Shown here piece after piece: positions 26,673-34,817 of a DNA stretch of 64,000 bases. A model generated the notes under the pieces. That model searched no databases. It worked only from the letters and a program-made list of their open reading frames with translations, and was not told where the DNA came from. The stretch lies in assembly GCA_021848045.1 (NCBI GenBank), contig JAJZNC010000004.1:8611-72610 (forward strand), in the 5' to 3' direction. Made by a program: the position numbers and the translations under genes. This stretch comes from an archaeon. Its GTDB lineage: Archaea > Thermoproteota > Nitrososphaeria > Nitrososphaerales > Gagatemarchaeaceae. Each line of letters begins with the position of its first letter. Within the stretch, counting starts at the first letter, position 1.

Positions 26673-27122
26673 TTGGTCGCCAGGAGGGCCCCGCGGTCGG
26701 GGTTCAGGTTCCTCTCGAAAATCGCCCTGGCGGACATCGCCTTCGTGGCCAGGGGCGACTCGCTCGGGTCGCTCTTCGAGTCCGCGGCGAGGGCGCTCAC
26801 CGAGGTCATGGTCGACCGGAGGACGGTGGTGGGGCGGGTCCACCGGGAGCTCGATGTCTCCTCACCCTCTGTCGACCGGCTCCTCTACGACTTCCTCACC
26901 GAGCTGATCGTCCTCAAGGACGTAGAGTCGCTCCTCTTCAAGGAGTTCCGCGTGGAGGTGGCCACCGGCAGGGGGTTCCGCCTGACCTGCGAGATGGACG
27001 GGGAGGCGATCGACAGGGAGAGGCACGCCCTGAGGAACGACGTGAAGGCGGTCACGATGCACATGTTCGGGGTCAAGAAGGCGGGGCCTCGCTGGGTGGC
27101 AACCGTCGTCCTCGACATCTGA
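26673..27122 (+). CDS. Archease (RtcB activator)
   Basis: FRFLSKIALADIAFVARGDSLGSLFESAARAL.. matches the archease N-terminus (f.fl.HTADi.f.a.G). The C-terminal KAVTMHMF..VVLDI also fits. It sits immediately upstream of rtcB, as is common. Confidence 0.75.
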   Translation: MVARRAPRSGFRFLSKIALADIAFVARGDSLGSLFESAARALTEVMVDRRTVVGRVHRELDVSSPSVDRLLYDFLTELIVLKDVESLLFKEFRVEVATGRGFRLTCEMDGEAIDRERHALRNDVKAVTMHMFGVKKAGPRWVATVVLDI

Positions 27123-27179
27123 CCGCACAACCCTTAAGACCGATAGGCGGGCGCGGGCGCCCGAGTCGCTCACCGCAAG

Positions 27180-28637
27180 TTGACAGAAGTAAAGAACGCC
27201 AAGCAGGTCTCTGACGTCGTCTGGGAGATACCGGAGTCGTTCAAGCCGGGGATGAACGTCCCTGCCCGGATCTACGCCACGAAGAAGCTCCTCGAGGCGA
27301 TGGACAACGGCGTGATAGAGCAGGTCACCAACGTGGCCTCCCTCCCGGGGATAGTGAATTGCTCCTACGCGATGGCGGACGCGCACTGGGGCTACGGGTT
27401 CCCCATCGGCGGCGTCGCAGCCTTCGACCTCGAAAAGGGCGTCATCTCGCCTGGCGGCATCGGGTTTGACATCAACTGCGGGATGCGCCTCATAAGGACC
27501 AACCTGCGCTACTCTGAGGTAAGGCCGAGGATAAAGGAGCTCGTAGACCTGCTGTTCAGGCTCATCCCCACCGGGGTCGGCGTCAAGGGGTTCGTCAGGC
27601 TCAGCCAGCCCCAGTTCGAGGACGTCATGAGGTGGGGCGTGAAGTGGTGCGCCGAGAACGACTACGGCTGGGAGGACGACGTCGACAAGGTCGAGGAGGG
27701 AGGCTACATCAAGGGGGCAGACCCGTCCAAGGTGAGCCAGCAGGCCTCGAGCCGGGGCATCAACCAGCTCGGGACCCTGGGCTCCGGCAACCACTACTGC
27801 GAGGTACAGGTGGTCGACCCGGCCAGGTTCTTCGATGCGGAGGTGGGGAAGCGCTTCGGCCTGGTCCACGACGACCAGGTGGTGGTGATGGTGCACTGCG
27901 GGAGCAGGGGGTTTGGGCACCAGGTGGGCTCCGACTACCTCCGGGTCTTCGACGGGGCTATGAAGAAGTACGGCATCACGGTCAGGGACAGGGAGCTTGC
28001 GTGCGCCCCCTTCGCCTCAAAGGAGGGCGGCGACTACTACGGGGCGATGGTCTGTGCCGCGAACATGGCTTTCGCGAACAGGCAGGTCATCGTGATGAGG
28101 ATCCGCGAGGCCTTCAAGCAGGTCTTCCACAAGGACCCTGAGGCCCTTGACATGCACATAGTCTACGACGTCTGCCACAACATCGCAAAGGTGGAGCGGC
28201 ACAAGGTCGGGAAGTCGTCCAGGGACGTCCTCGTCCACAGGAAGGGGGCGACCCGGAGCTTCGGTCCCGGCCACCCGGACGTCCCGGCGGTCTACCGGGA
28301 GCTGGGGCAGCCCGTGATAATCGGAGGCTCGATGGAGACGGGGTCGTACCTCCTCCTGGGGACCAAGAAGGCCATGGAGGAGACCTTCGGCTCCACCGCC
28401 CACGGCTCCGGGCGGACGATGTCCCGGACCGCCGCGAAGAGGCAGGTGAGCGGGGCGGAGCTCCAGAGGAGCATGGAGAAGCGCGGCATATACGTGAAGG
28501 CGGCCACCATGGAGGGCCTCGCGGAGGAGGCGGGGATGGCCTACAAGGACATCTCGGAGGTCGTCGAGACGATGCACCAGGCGGGCATCTCCCTGAAGGT
28601 CGCCGCGCTCCGCCCGATCGGGAACATAAAGGGCTGA
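27180..28637 (+). CDS. rtcB: RNA-splicing ligase RtcB
   Basis: ADAHWGYGFPIGGV, GSGNHYCEVQ, HCGSRGFGHQ, HRKGATR, GGSMETGSY. Confidence 0.95.
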   Translation: MTEVKNAKQVSDVVWEIPESFKPGMNVPARIYATKKLLEAMDNGVIEQVTNVASLPGIVNCSYAMADAHWGYGFPIGGVAAFDLEKGVISPGGIGFDINCGMRLIRTNLRYSEVRPRIKELVDLLFRLIPTGVGVKGFVRLSQPQFEDVMRWGVKWCAENDYGWEDDVDKVEEGGYIKGADPSKVSQQASSRGINQLGTLGSGNHYCEVQVVDPARFFDAEVGKRFGLVHDDQVVVMVHCGSRGFGHQVGSDYLRVFDGAMKKYGITVRDRELACAPFASKEGGDYYGAMVCAANMAFANRQVIVMRIREAFKQVFHKDPEALDMHIVYDVCHNIAKVERHKVGKSSRDVLVHRKGATRSFGPGHPDVPAVYRELGQPVIIGGSMETGSYLLLGTKKAMEETFGSTAHGSGRTMSRTAAKRQVSGAELQRSMEKRGIYVKAATMEGLAEEAGMAYKDISEVVETMHQAGISLKVAALRPIGNIKG

Positions 28638-28644
28638 GCTGGGC

Positions 28645-29427
28645 TCAGCCGATGTAGCCTGGCTTCCTCTCTTCCTGGGGGACCCGCGCACCTTCGGCGC
28701 CCTGCTCGGTCATCATCTGGACCTGGTTGAATACCTGCTGGGCCTCCTTCGCGCTCTCCTCGATGGACTCCATGTCGACCTCCATCTCCAGGATCCTGGC
28801 CAGCGAGCCGAGCACGGCGTGCGATGCGGCTGGGTCCAGCAGGTACCCGGAGGTCTCGCCGAGGAGCGACATGCCGTCCATCCCCATGAGCCCCGCCAGC
28901 CCGACGACCAGCCCGTTCATCCCGCTTATCCCCCCCTCCCGCATCAGGTGGACCCCGTTCGCGGAGAGGGCGAGGGCGGCCCTCGCCGAGGTCGCCGCGC
29001 CGAAGACCCTCCTCTCCTTCACGAACGCGCCCGTGACGTACGCGGCGAGGGAGAAGACGGCCTTGACGCCCAGCCGCTTCGCCTCCACGAGGACCGCTTC
29101 GGCGAGCTCGTACTCCCCTTCCGACGTGGACGGCTGGGAGTCGGCGGTGAAGACGATGAGGTCTGCCCTCTGGCCCGTCCTCGCATGGAAGAGCTCCCCC
29201 CTTGACCTCTGGGCTATCCCCTCGTCGCCTATGCTGACGTTCGGGGGGAACGAAGACGAGTAGACCTCGGCGAACTTCTCCGCCTTGAATGTGGTAACCA
29301 GGTAGTCAGCGGCGAGCTTGCCCACGAACCCGCTGCCAGGGAGCCCGCAGACCATTACGGGGTTGGCGGGCGAAGGGGCCGAGAGCGCCCGCAACTGGAG
29401 CCTCGGTAGGGCGGGCGCCCCGGACAA
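28645..29427 (-). CDS. PAC2-family proteasome assembly chaperone-like protein (PbaA/PbaB-like)
   Basis: 260 aa with family-typical VCGLPGSGFVGKLAADYL, ISGMNGLL-like GISGMNGLVVGLAG and an acidic helical tail. Assigned from memory of COG1938. Confidence 0.6.
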   Translation of the reverse strand: MSGAPALPRLQLRALSAPSPANPVMVCGLPGSGFVGKLAADYLVTTFKAEKFAEVYSSSFPPNVSIGDEGIAQRSRGELFHARTGQRADLIVFTADSQPSTSEGEYELAEAVLVEAKRLGVKAVFSLAAYVTGAFVKERRVFGAATSARAALALSANGVHLMREGGISGMNGLVVGLAGLMGMDGMSLLGETSGYLLDPAASHAVLGSLARILEMEVDMESIEESAKEAQQVFNQVQMMTEQGAEGARVPQEERKPGYIG

Positions 29428-29433
29428 CCTCGG

Positions 29434-29832
29434 TCAGCCCTCTTGAGCGCTCATCTTGAGCTTGTCCTTGAGGTCCACGAACCTTCCCTTGTCCTGGACC
29501 TTGATGGTGGTCCTGAGGGAGAACCTCAGCCCCACGTTCCTGAAGAGCTGGTAGAGCTCGCCGCCGGAGATCCTCTCCCTCATCCCGTTCCTCTTCAGGA
29601 GCGCGGCGAGCTGCCCCACTATCATCTCCGTCTGGCGGGGATACGCCTGGTACGCCGCCTCGAGGACCTCGTCCCCCCGGTCGTAGAGCGCCTCCAGAAG
29701 CACCTCCTTGTCGGACCTTTGGGGCTTGGGGGTCGAGGAGAGCGCGGAAGCGGCGGACGCCCTCTCCGCCCGGCGCTTGAGCTCCGCTAGCTTGCGGGCG
29801 TTTATCATCTCCAGCTCGGAGTCCTCGTCCAA
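29434..29832 (-). CDS. PDCD5/TFAR19-like DNA-binding protein (COG2118)
   Basis: (M)DEDSELEMINARKLAELKRRAE.. N-terminus typical of the family. The track ORF is trimmed to TTG 29832, which sits about 32 nt after a TATA. Confidence 0.6.
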   Translation of the reverse strand: MDEDSELEMINARKLAELKRRAERASAASALSSTPKPQRSDKEVLLEALYDRGDEVLEAAYQAYPRQTEMIVGQLAALLKRNGMRERISGGELYQLFRNVGLRFSLRTTIKVQDKGRFVDLKDKLKMSAQEG

Positions 29833-29858
29833 GGCAGGAAGACGGCCCTTTGTAGGCC

Positions 29859-29869
29859 TAAATACTTTT
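29859..29869 (-). promoter_or_regulatory. TATA box (minus strand AAAAGTATTTAG)
   Basis: Centred about 32 nt upstream of TTG 29832. Confidence 0.45.
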
Positions 29870-29897
29870 GCGGGCGCCTGTGTGGTGAAGCTGGCCT

Positions 29898-30326
29898 CTA
29901 CGGCTGCGTGATCTTGATGCACTGGGTCGGGCACGAAGTCTCGCACGCCATGCAGTAGATGCAGTCCTTCTCCCTCACCGGGTCTGACTTGTCTGACCTG
30001 TACTGCGTCCACTCTGGTGAGTTCGCGGCCAGGATCTTGTCCTTGCCCGAGCCTGACTGGCCGGGGTTGAGGGCCCACTCGTAGACGAAGACCGGGCATA
30101 CGTCCATGCAGACCCCGTCCGCGCTGCAGGCGTCCCAGTCGACCGCCGTGTTGGTGCCGTGAATACCATGAGATGTTGGAAGGGGCTTGCCTTCGCCGTC
30201 CGTCCGATGCGCCCCGCTTGCCCTGACCTTGTGGCCGTTGTGCTCTCCGGTGACCGGATACTCTTCCGCCTTTGAGAGGAAGGCCTGGTCGATGGGCTTT
30301 GTCTTGTAGCCTAGCTCACGCGTCAT
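29898..30326 (-). CDS. Zinc-containing 7Fe-type ferredoxin (Sulfolobus Zfx-like)
   Basis: Two cluster motifs, CSADGVCMDVCP and CIYCMACETSCP, plus a His-bearing N-terminal extension. Confidence 0.8.
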   Translation of the reverse strand: MTRELGYKTKPIDQAFLSKAEEYPVTGEHNGHKVRASGAHRTDGEGKPLPTSHGIHGTNTAVDWDACSADGVCMDVCPVFVYEWALNPGQSGSGKDKILAANSPEWTQYRSDKSDPVREKDCIYCMACETSCPTQCIKITQP

Positions 30327-30371
30327 TGTTGCGAATCATGCTTGCCCGGCGTCCACGTTATAAATCTGTTC

Positions 30372-31070
30372 TCAGGTCTGGGCGTTTAGGGCCTTGTACG
30401 ACCCGTCGGGGCTGATCTTGTAGACGGTGAGGGGCCTGATGACGAATATCCCGACCTCCATCACGCCCGGGATGGACTTTAGCTGGACCTCGAGCTTCGC
30501 AGGGTCTTCGATGGGGTCGAAGAGCGCGTCGAAGAGCATGTTCCCGTTCTCCGAGTAGGCGGGGTACCCCCTCGCGTCGAGGCGGATCTTGACGTCCTTG
30601 CTCCCCTTCCTCTTGAGCATGGCCGTCGCGGTCTCCCTCGCGAACTGGCTCACCTCGACGGGGACGCGGTAGCCGCCCATCCCGAGCCTCTCCACGAACT
30701 TCTTCTCGTCGGCCACTATGGCGGAGTCCCTCGCGCTGCCCAGGAGGACCTTCTCCTTGAGGAGGGCCCCTCCGCCGCCCTTGATCAGGTTGAGCCGGCT
30801 GTCCACCTGGTCAGCCCCGTCCACCACCTTGACGATCTCCGGGCTGGTGAGCGGCCCGACCCTGACCTTCAATTCTTGGGCGACCGCCTGGATCTGCAGG
30901 GACGTCGGGACCCAGGTGGCCTCCACGCCCTTCTCGCGCATCGCCTTCACCATCGAGGGAAGGAGCCTCGCCACGGTGGAGCCGCTCCCCAGGCCCACCG
31001 TGTCGCCGTCCCTGATCCCCTGCGCTAGTTCCCTTCCTAGCCTCTCGGTGTTGGCCGACTGGTCCGTCAG
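30372..31070 (-). CDS. rpiA: Ribose-5-phosphate isomerase A (apparent CTG start overlapping upstream stop)
   Basis: DTVGLGSGST, DGADQVD, KGGGGALLKEK. The conserved N-terminus (L)TDQSANTERLGRELAQGIRDGDTV lies upstream of the track start. The only start-like codon is CTG 31070 (CTGA overlap). Confidence 0.85.
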   Translation of the reverse strand: MTDQSANTERLGRELAQGIRDGDTVGLGSGSTVARLLPSMVKAMREKGVEATWVPTSLQIQAVAQELKVRVGPLTSPEIVKVVDGADQVDSRLNLIKGGGGALLKEKVLLGSARDSAIVADEKKFVERLGMGGYRVPVEVSQFARETATAMLKRKGSKDVKIRLDARGYPAYSENGNMLFDALFDPIEDPAKLEVQLKSIPGVMEVGIFVIRPLTVYKISPDGSYKALNAQT

Positions 31071-31774
31071 GTCGACTCGGGCTCCTTCCTGGAGTCTATC
31101 TGCTCGAGCCTCTCGAGCGCCTCCATGACCTCGTCGCGGATCGCCTTGACCCTCCGCTCCCCCTCGGTGTCGTCCCTCTTCGGGGCCTTGCGCTCTACCG
31201 CCTTTTCGAGGTCGTCCGCCTGCGACGCCCCCCCGGCGACGGCCGCGACCGCGGGGGCGGACTTGGGCTTGGAGCTCTGGGGCTCCGCCCTGGGCTGCGG
31301 CTGCGAGGCTCCGAGCCTCTCCTTCGCCTGGTCAAGCCTGCCCTCGATGTTCTGGATCTTCTCCCTGAAGAGCGTCATCAACTCGTCCCGAAGGCCCTCG
31401 AGCTCGCCCACCTCAACGAGGAGCTCCTTGTCCGTGATCTTGGCCTCCAGGTCGTGTATCTGGGAGCTGTATCTCTTGGCGATCATCTCCCTCTCATCCC
31501 GCGTGATCTTCCCCTCGTTCTCGGCCTCGTAGACCTTCGTGAGCGCCCCCGAGAGGAGGTCCCTCTCCAAGAGCAGGGTCCTCATCTCCTTCCTAGACCT
31601 GTCAAGCTCATCGGCTGTCACGGTCTTCTTGCGGAGCCTCCCGCTCTCGTCCCGCTCGGCCACCTGCACCTTCACGGCCCTCCGTCTCGGGTAGAACGAC
31701 GCGTAGGAGATCCCTAGACCGGCGGCCCCTCCCGCCGCCACGCCGATGATCAGGGTGGTAGGGTCGAAGGACAT
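31067..31774 (-). CDS. Hypothetical membrane-anchored coiled-coil protein
   Basis: One N-terminal TM helix (LIIGVAAGGAAGLGISYASF) followed by long heptad-like helices and a Pro/Ala/Gln linker. A TATA-like TTAATAT lies about 29 nt upstream of ATG 31774. Confidence 0.55.
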   Translation of the reverse strand: MSFDPTTLIIGVAAGGAAGLGISYASFYPRRRAVKVQVAERDESGRLRKKTVTADELDRSRKEMRTLLLERDLLSGALTKVYEAENEGKITRDEREMIAKRYSSQIHDLEAKITDKELLVEVGELEGLRDELMTLFREKIQNIEGRLDQAKERLGASQPQPRAEPQSSKPKSAPAVAAVAGGASQADDLEKAVERKAPKRDDTEGERRVKAIRDEVMEALERLEQIDSRKEPEST

Positions 31775-32106
31775 CTGCGCGGGACTCTCGCGCCGGGGAT
31801 ATTAACGTTAGCCGGCGCTCGCCGAAAAGCGCTAATAGGGGGCTCGGGCCACGCGCCATCGACGATGAGGTAAACGCCGTCCCAGTCAGAGGCCCAGATA
31901 AGCTCCGGGCCAGATGATGAGCTCGCGACAAAGCTGAGTCTCCAATTCCCTTCGCCCCGGGGGTCTTGGACAGGCGCACCGTGCGGCCCAAGAGGGGCCG
32001 GAGCGGTGCGCGCCAGGGGGGTGGTCCTACCCTGCCGGGGGCGGGCCGGCCCGCGAACGCGTCCTCCCAGGAACCTTTTCAAGGCGCTCCGCCCGGGTGA
32101 GCGCAA

Positions 32107-32295
32107 ATGCTCGTGATCAAGGGCGTCAAGGTGCACGGTGACACTCACAAGGTGCTAAAGGCGATCAAGGAGAGGAACCGGAGCAAGAGCATGGACGAGG
32201 TGATCCGGTCGTTGATCCGGGGCGCCACCGGGAAGAGCGTCGAGGAGTACTCCTCGGTCAAGGACAACGCCCGGCTCTCCTCCTTCGCCGAGTGA
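32107..32295 (+). CDS. Small VapB-like (PF02697/DUF217-type) putative antitoxin
   Basis: 62 aa. IKGVKVHGDTHKVLKAIKERNRSKSMDEVIRSLI matches the I.v.d..y..L..lk...eSfSdvI..Ll pattern (from memory). Confidence 0.5.
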   Translation: MLVIKGVKVHGDTHKVLKAIKERNRSKSMDEVIRSLIRGATGKSVEEYSSVKDNARLSSFAE

Positions 32296-32345
32296 CCCTC
32301 CCAGACGCAAGACAGAAATAAACAACCGGGGATGCCAGGGCCCAG

Positions 32346-32492
32346 ATGGCAAAGTTCAGCGGGATCGTCGAGAAGAGGCTCCTCACAGTCACAGAGAAGG
32401 AGAACGAGCTGACCCTGGTCTTCGAGGACAACAGGTTCCTCTTCGTCACCGTGAAGGACGGGAAGCTCCAGTCTGAGAGCGTCCCAGAGTAG
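32346..32492 (+). CDS. Hypothetical small protein (48 aa)
   Basis: Below the track cut-off. MAKFSGIVEKRLLTVTEKENELTLVFEDNRFLFVTVKDGKLQSESVPE has strong GC3 codon bias like real genes. AAATAAA lies about 28 nt upstream of the ATG. Confidence 0.35.
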   Translation: MAKFSGIVEKRLLTVTEKENELTLVFEDNRFLFVTVKDGKLQSESVPE

Positions 32493-32500
32493 ACCGGCCG

Positions 32501-33100
32501 CTACGCCGAGATCGATTCTTCCCGGAAGCCCTGCCTGTCCAGGGTGAGGATGTCTATCCCGTTGCCGCTCATCGTGTCCCTGGCGATCGACGCCTTTATC
32601 GAGGAGACGGTGAGCTCCCTGGCTTCCTTCTCGGAGAGCCCGGGCGCGTAGCCGGCCTCGAGGACGCCCGTGGCCATCTCCGCTCCCGTCCCCACCGACG
32701 CGTACTCGTCCGTTATCAGGCTCCCGAGCGGGTCGAGGACCCAGACCTTCGGCTTCTGGTCGACCCCGCCCAGTATCACCTGGGTGAGCAGCGGGGAGAA
32801 CCTCCTCTCGAACATGATCACCGATGTGAGCTTGGCCACGGCGGCGGCGCTGAGCTGCCTCTTGGCCTCGAGCTCCTTGAGCTTCGAGTAGACCCCAACC
32901 TCCTTGACGAGGTTCTGCATGTCGGCGACCATCCCCGCGCAGACCGCGCCCACGTTGTCCGTCATCCTGAACACCTTCCGCCCCTTCTTGCTGATCACGT
33001 AGTTGGCCAGCGTGATCCTCCTCTCCGCCCCGAGGACAACCCCGTCCTTGTAGGCGACTCCGACGGCCGTGGCGCCAGGGATGTACGCGTCAAAAGACAT
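32501..33100 (-). CDS. psmB: Proteasome beta subunit paralogue lacking catalytic Thr1 (G/ATAVG)
   Basis: Ntn-hydrolase beta fold: IPGATAVGVAYKDGVVLGAERR.., GMVADMQ. The residue after the processing Gly is Ala, not Thr. Confidence 0.85.
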   Translation of the reverse strand: MSFDAYIPGATAVGVAYKDGVVLGAERRITLANYVISKKGRKVFRMTDNVGAVCAGMVADMQNLVKEVGVYSKLKELEAKRQLSAAAVAKLTSVIMFERRFSPLLTQVILGGVDQKPKVWVLDPLGSLITDEYASVGTGAEMATGVLEAGYAPGLSEKEARELTVSSIKASIARDTMSGNGIDILTLDRQGFREESISA

Positions 33101-33144
33101 TGGCTAATGCTACCGATTGGTCGCCGCCCGCCCGGTGTTATTAG

Positions 33145-34182
33145 CTATTTTGCTCGCGCCGGGCGTATCCTGAGGAGCGCTGCCCCGTCCCTCTCCTCCA
33201 CGGAGTGCTCCGCCGAGGTGAACTGGTTGGCGACGTGAAGGCTGGTCCTCAGGTGCTCGCTCACGTAGGGTATGAGGAGGGCGGAGGGCTCGGCGGACAG
33301 ACAGAGGATCGGGGCGAGCATGTCCGCCAGGTGATGGTCGACCCTCGCGGTCGATGCGAAGCTGGCGAGGAAGCCCCTCGCGGCCTCCCTCCCGACCGTC
33401 TCAGCGGGCTTCCCCTTCGCGCCGATGGAGTCGCCTCCAAGGTAGCAGCCGTCGCGCACGTACGAGACCAGGATGGAGCTCCCCGGCGAGGCCGAGTCCT
33501 CGAGCGAGACTTCCCTCTTCGCAACACCGACGCCTCCCTCGCGCAGCGCGGCGGCGGCGGACTCCGCCTGCCTCTCGGCGACCCTCACGGGCAGGCTCCC
33601 GCACCTGCTGACCACGGAGGCGTCCCCTCCCTGCGCCTCGCCCCTCCCCGAGGCGAGCTGGAGAGGCTCCACCCCCCGGCACGCGTCGATGTGGGCTAGC
33701 GCCCTCCCGCCGCCGTTGGGGTAGTAGCCCCGCCTCTTCACCTCGAAGGCGAAGGAGACCCCGACGCGCTTCATCGCGGGCGCGACCACCGACCCAAGAT
33801 AGTCTGAAGTGGGGCTCCAGGGGACGTCGGTCCCGCCCACCAGCTCCAGGTCGTACGACCTCCCCATGAGCGAGACCGCGGGTATCACCGCCTGCAGGAC
33901 CAGCGGGATGCTCGCGGCCGTCCCTAGGTCGAAGGAGGAGCGGCTCCCCCCGACCTTCCCGGGGCGGAACGTCAGCTCCGTCGAGCCCACCGCGGCTCCC
34001 TCGACCTCCGCGGAACAGATCTCTGCGAGGATCCCTATCGTCGCCGAGTGCTGCGGACGGAGCCCGGGGACCCTCCTCCCTGCCCTGATCCTCGTGACGC
34101 GGATGGGGACCCCGAGGGCCATCGAGAAGCCGACCGCCTCCCTGAGGATCTGCCCCCCTCCTTCTCCGAACGAGCCGTCCAC
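33145..34182 (-). CDS. rtcA: RNA 3'-terminal phosphate cyclase
   Basis: DGSFGEGGGQILR and the RtcA fold throughout. The start is GTG 34182, or CTG 34191, which would give LVEVDGS aligned to the usual MIxIDGS. Confidence 0.88.
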   Translation of the reverse strand: MDGSFGEGGGQILREAVGFSMALGVPIRVTRIRAGRRVPGLRPQHSATIGILAEICSAEVEGAAVGSTELTFRPGKVGGSRSSFDLGTAASIPLVLQAVIPAVSLMGRSYDLELVGGTDVPWSPTSDYLGSVVAPAMKRVGVSFAFEVKRRGYYPNGGGRALAHIDACRGVEPLQLASGRGEAQGGDASVVSRCGSLPVRVAERQAESAAAALREGGVGVAKREVSLEDSASPGSSILVSYVRDGCYLGGDSIGAKGKPAETVGREAARGFLASFASTARVDHHLADMLAPILCLSAEPSALLIPYVSEHLRTSLHVANQFTSAEHSVEERDGAALLRIRPARAK

Positions 34183-34240
34183 CTCGACCAGCCTGCCGTT
34201 CGCTCTGGTGGTTATGTCGGCGAAGAAAGGTGAAAACCGC

Positions 34241-34248
34241 TTAAATAG
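34241..34248. promoter_or_regulatory. TATA box TTAAATAG between divergent rtcA and the NMN adenylyltransferase gene
   Basis: Centred 32 nt upstream of TTG 34277 (plus strand). The reverse complement CTATTTAA faces rtcA. Confidence 0.5.
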
Positions 34249-34276
34249 TCACCGAAGACCCGCAAGCAAGAGGAAC

Positions 34277-34807
34277 TTGACCGTCGGCGTCTTCGTGGGG
34301 AGGTTCCAGCCTTTCCACAACGGGCACCTTGAGGCGGTCCGCTACGCCCTGAGGAAGGTCGACTACCTATACGTGGTGATAGGGAGCTCCCAGAAGGACC
34401 ACGAGCGAGACAACCCTTTCACCGCCGGCGAGCGGATCGCCATGATAAAGGCCGCTCTGGACCACGGCGACGTTGACCCAAAGAGGTGGATGGCGATCCC
34501 CATCGCCGACACCGACTCTCACGCGCTTTGGCCCGCCATATTGAGGGCGACCGTCCCCCCGTTCGACATCGTCTTCAGCAACGACGGGCTGACCACCCGC
34601 CTCCTCAAGGAGAACGGGGTGAAGGTGGAGGCGGTGAAGTACCTCGAGAGGTCGAGCTACTCGGCGACCAACGTGAGGAACAGGATCTTGGAGATGAAAG
34701 AGTGGGAGAAGCTGGTCCCGGAGCCGGTAGCCTCAATGGTTAAGAGCATAGGCGGGGTGGAGAGGGTCCGAAGCATGATTCACAAAGACCTTGAAGGAGA
34801 GGCCTGA
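34277..34807 (+). CDS. nadM: Nicotinamide-nucleotide adenylyltransferase (archaeal NadM type)
   Basis: GRFQPFHNGH and SYSATNVR motifs. The track ORF is trimmed to TTG 34277. Confidence 0.85.
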   Translation: MTVGVFVGRFQPFHNGHLEAVRYALRKVDYLYVVIGSSQKDHERDNPFTAGERIAMIKAALDHGDVDPKRWMAIPIADTDSHALWPAILRATVPPFDIVFSNDGLTTRLLKENGVKVEAVKYLERSSYSATNVRNRILEMKEWEKLVPEPVASMVKSIGGVERVRSMIHKDLEGEA

Positions 34808-34817
34808 CGGGTTGCCC

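Noticed and set aside
31914-31937. Box C (ATGATGA) + 13 nt + box D (CTGA) as a C/D box sRNA
   Set aside because: There is no second C'/D' pair, no terminal stem, and the element is too short for a two-guide sRNA. It is kept only as a K-turn-like motif within the larger unexplained gap.
31775-32106. SRP (7S) RNA or RNase P RNA in the two long gaps (also 53387..53802)
   Set aside because: I searched both strands by eye for the helix-8 CAGG.CC-GGAA-GG.AGCA motif and for GGAAAGUCC / ACAGAA...GGCUUA. Only weak partial resemblances turned up (CUUAUC-containing loops). This is not enough to call either family.
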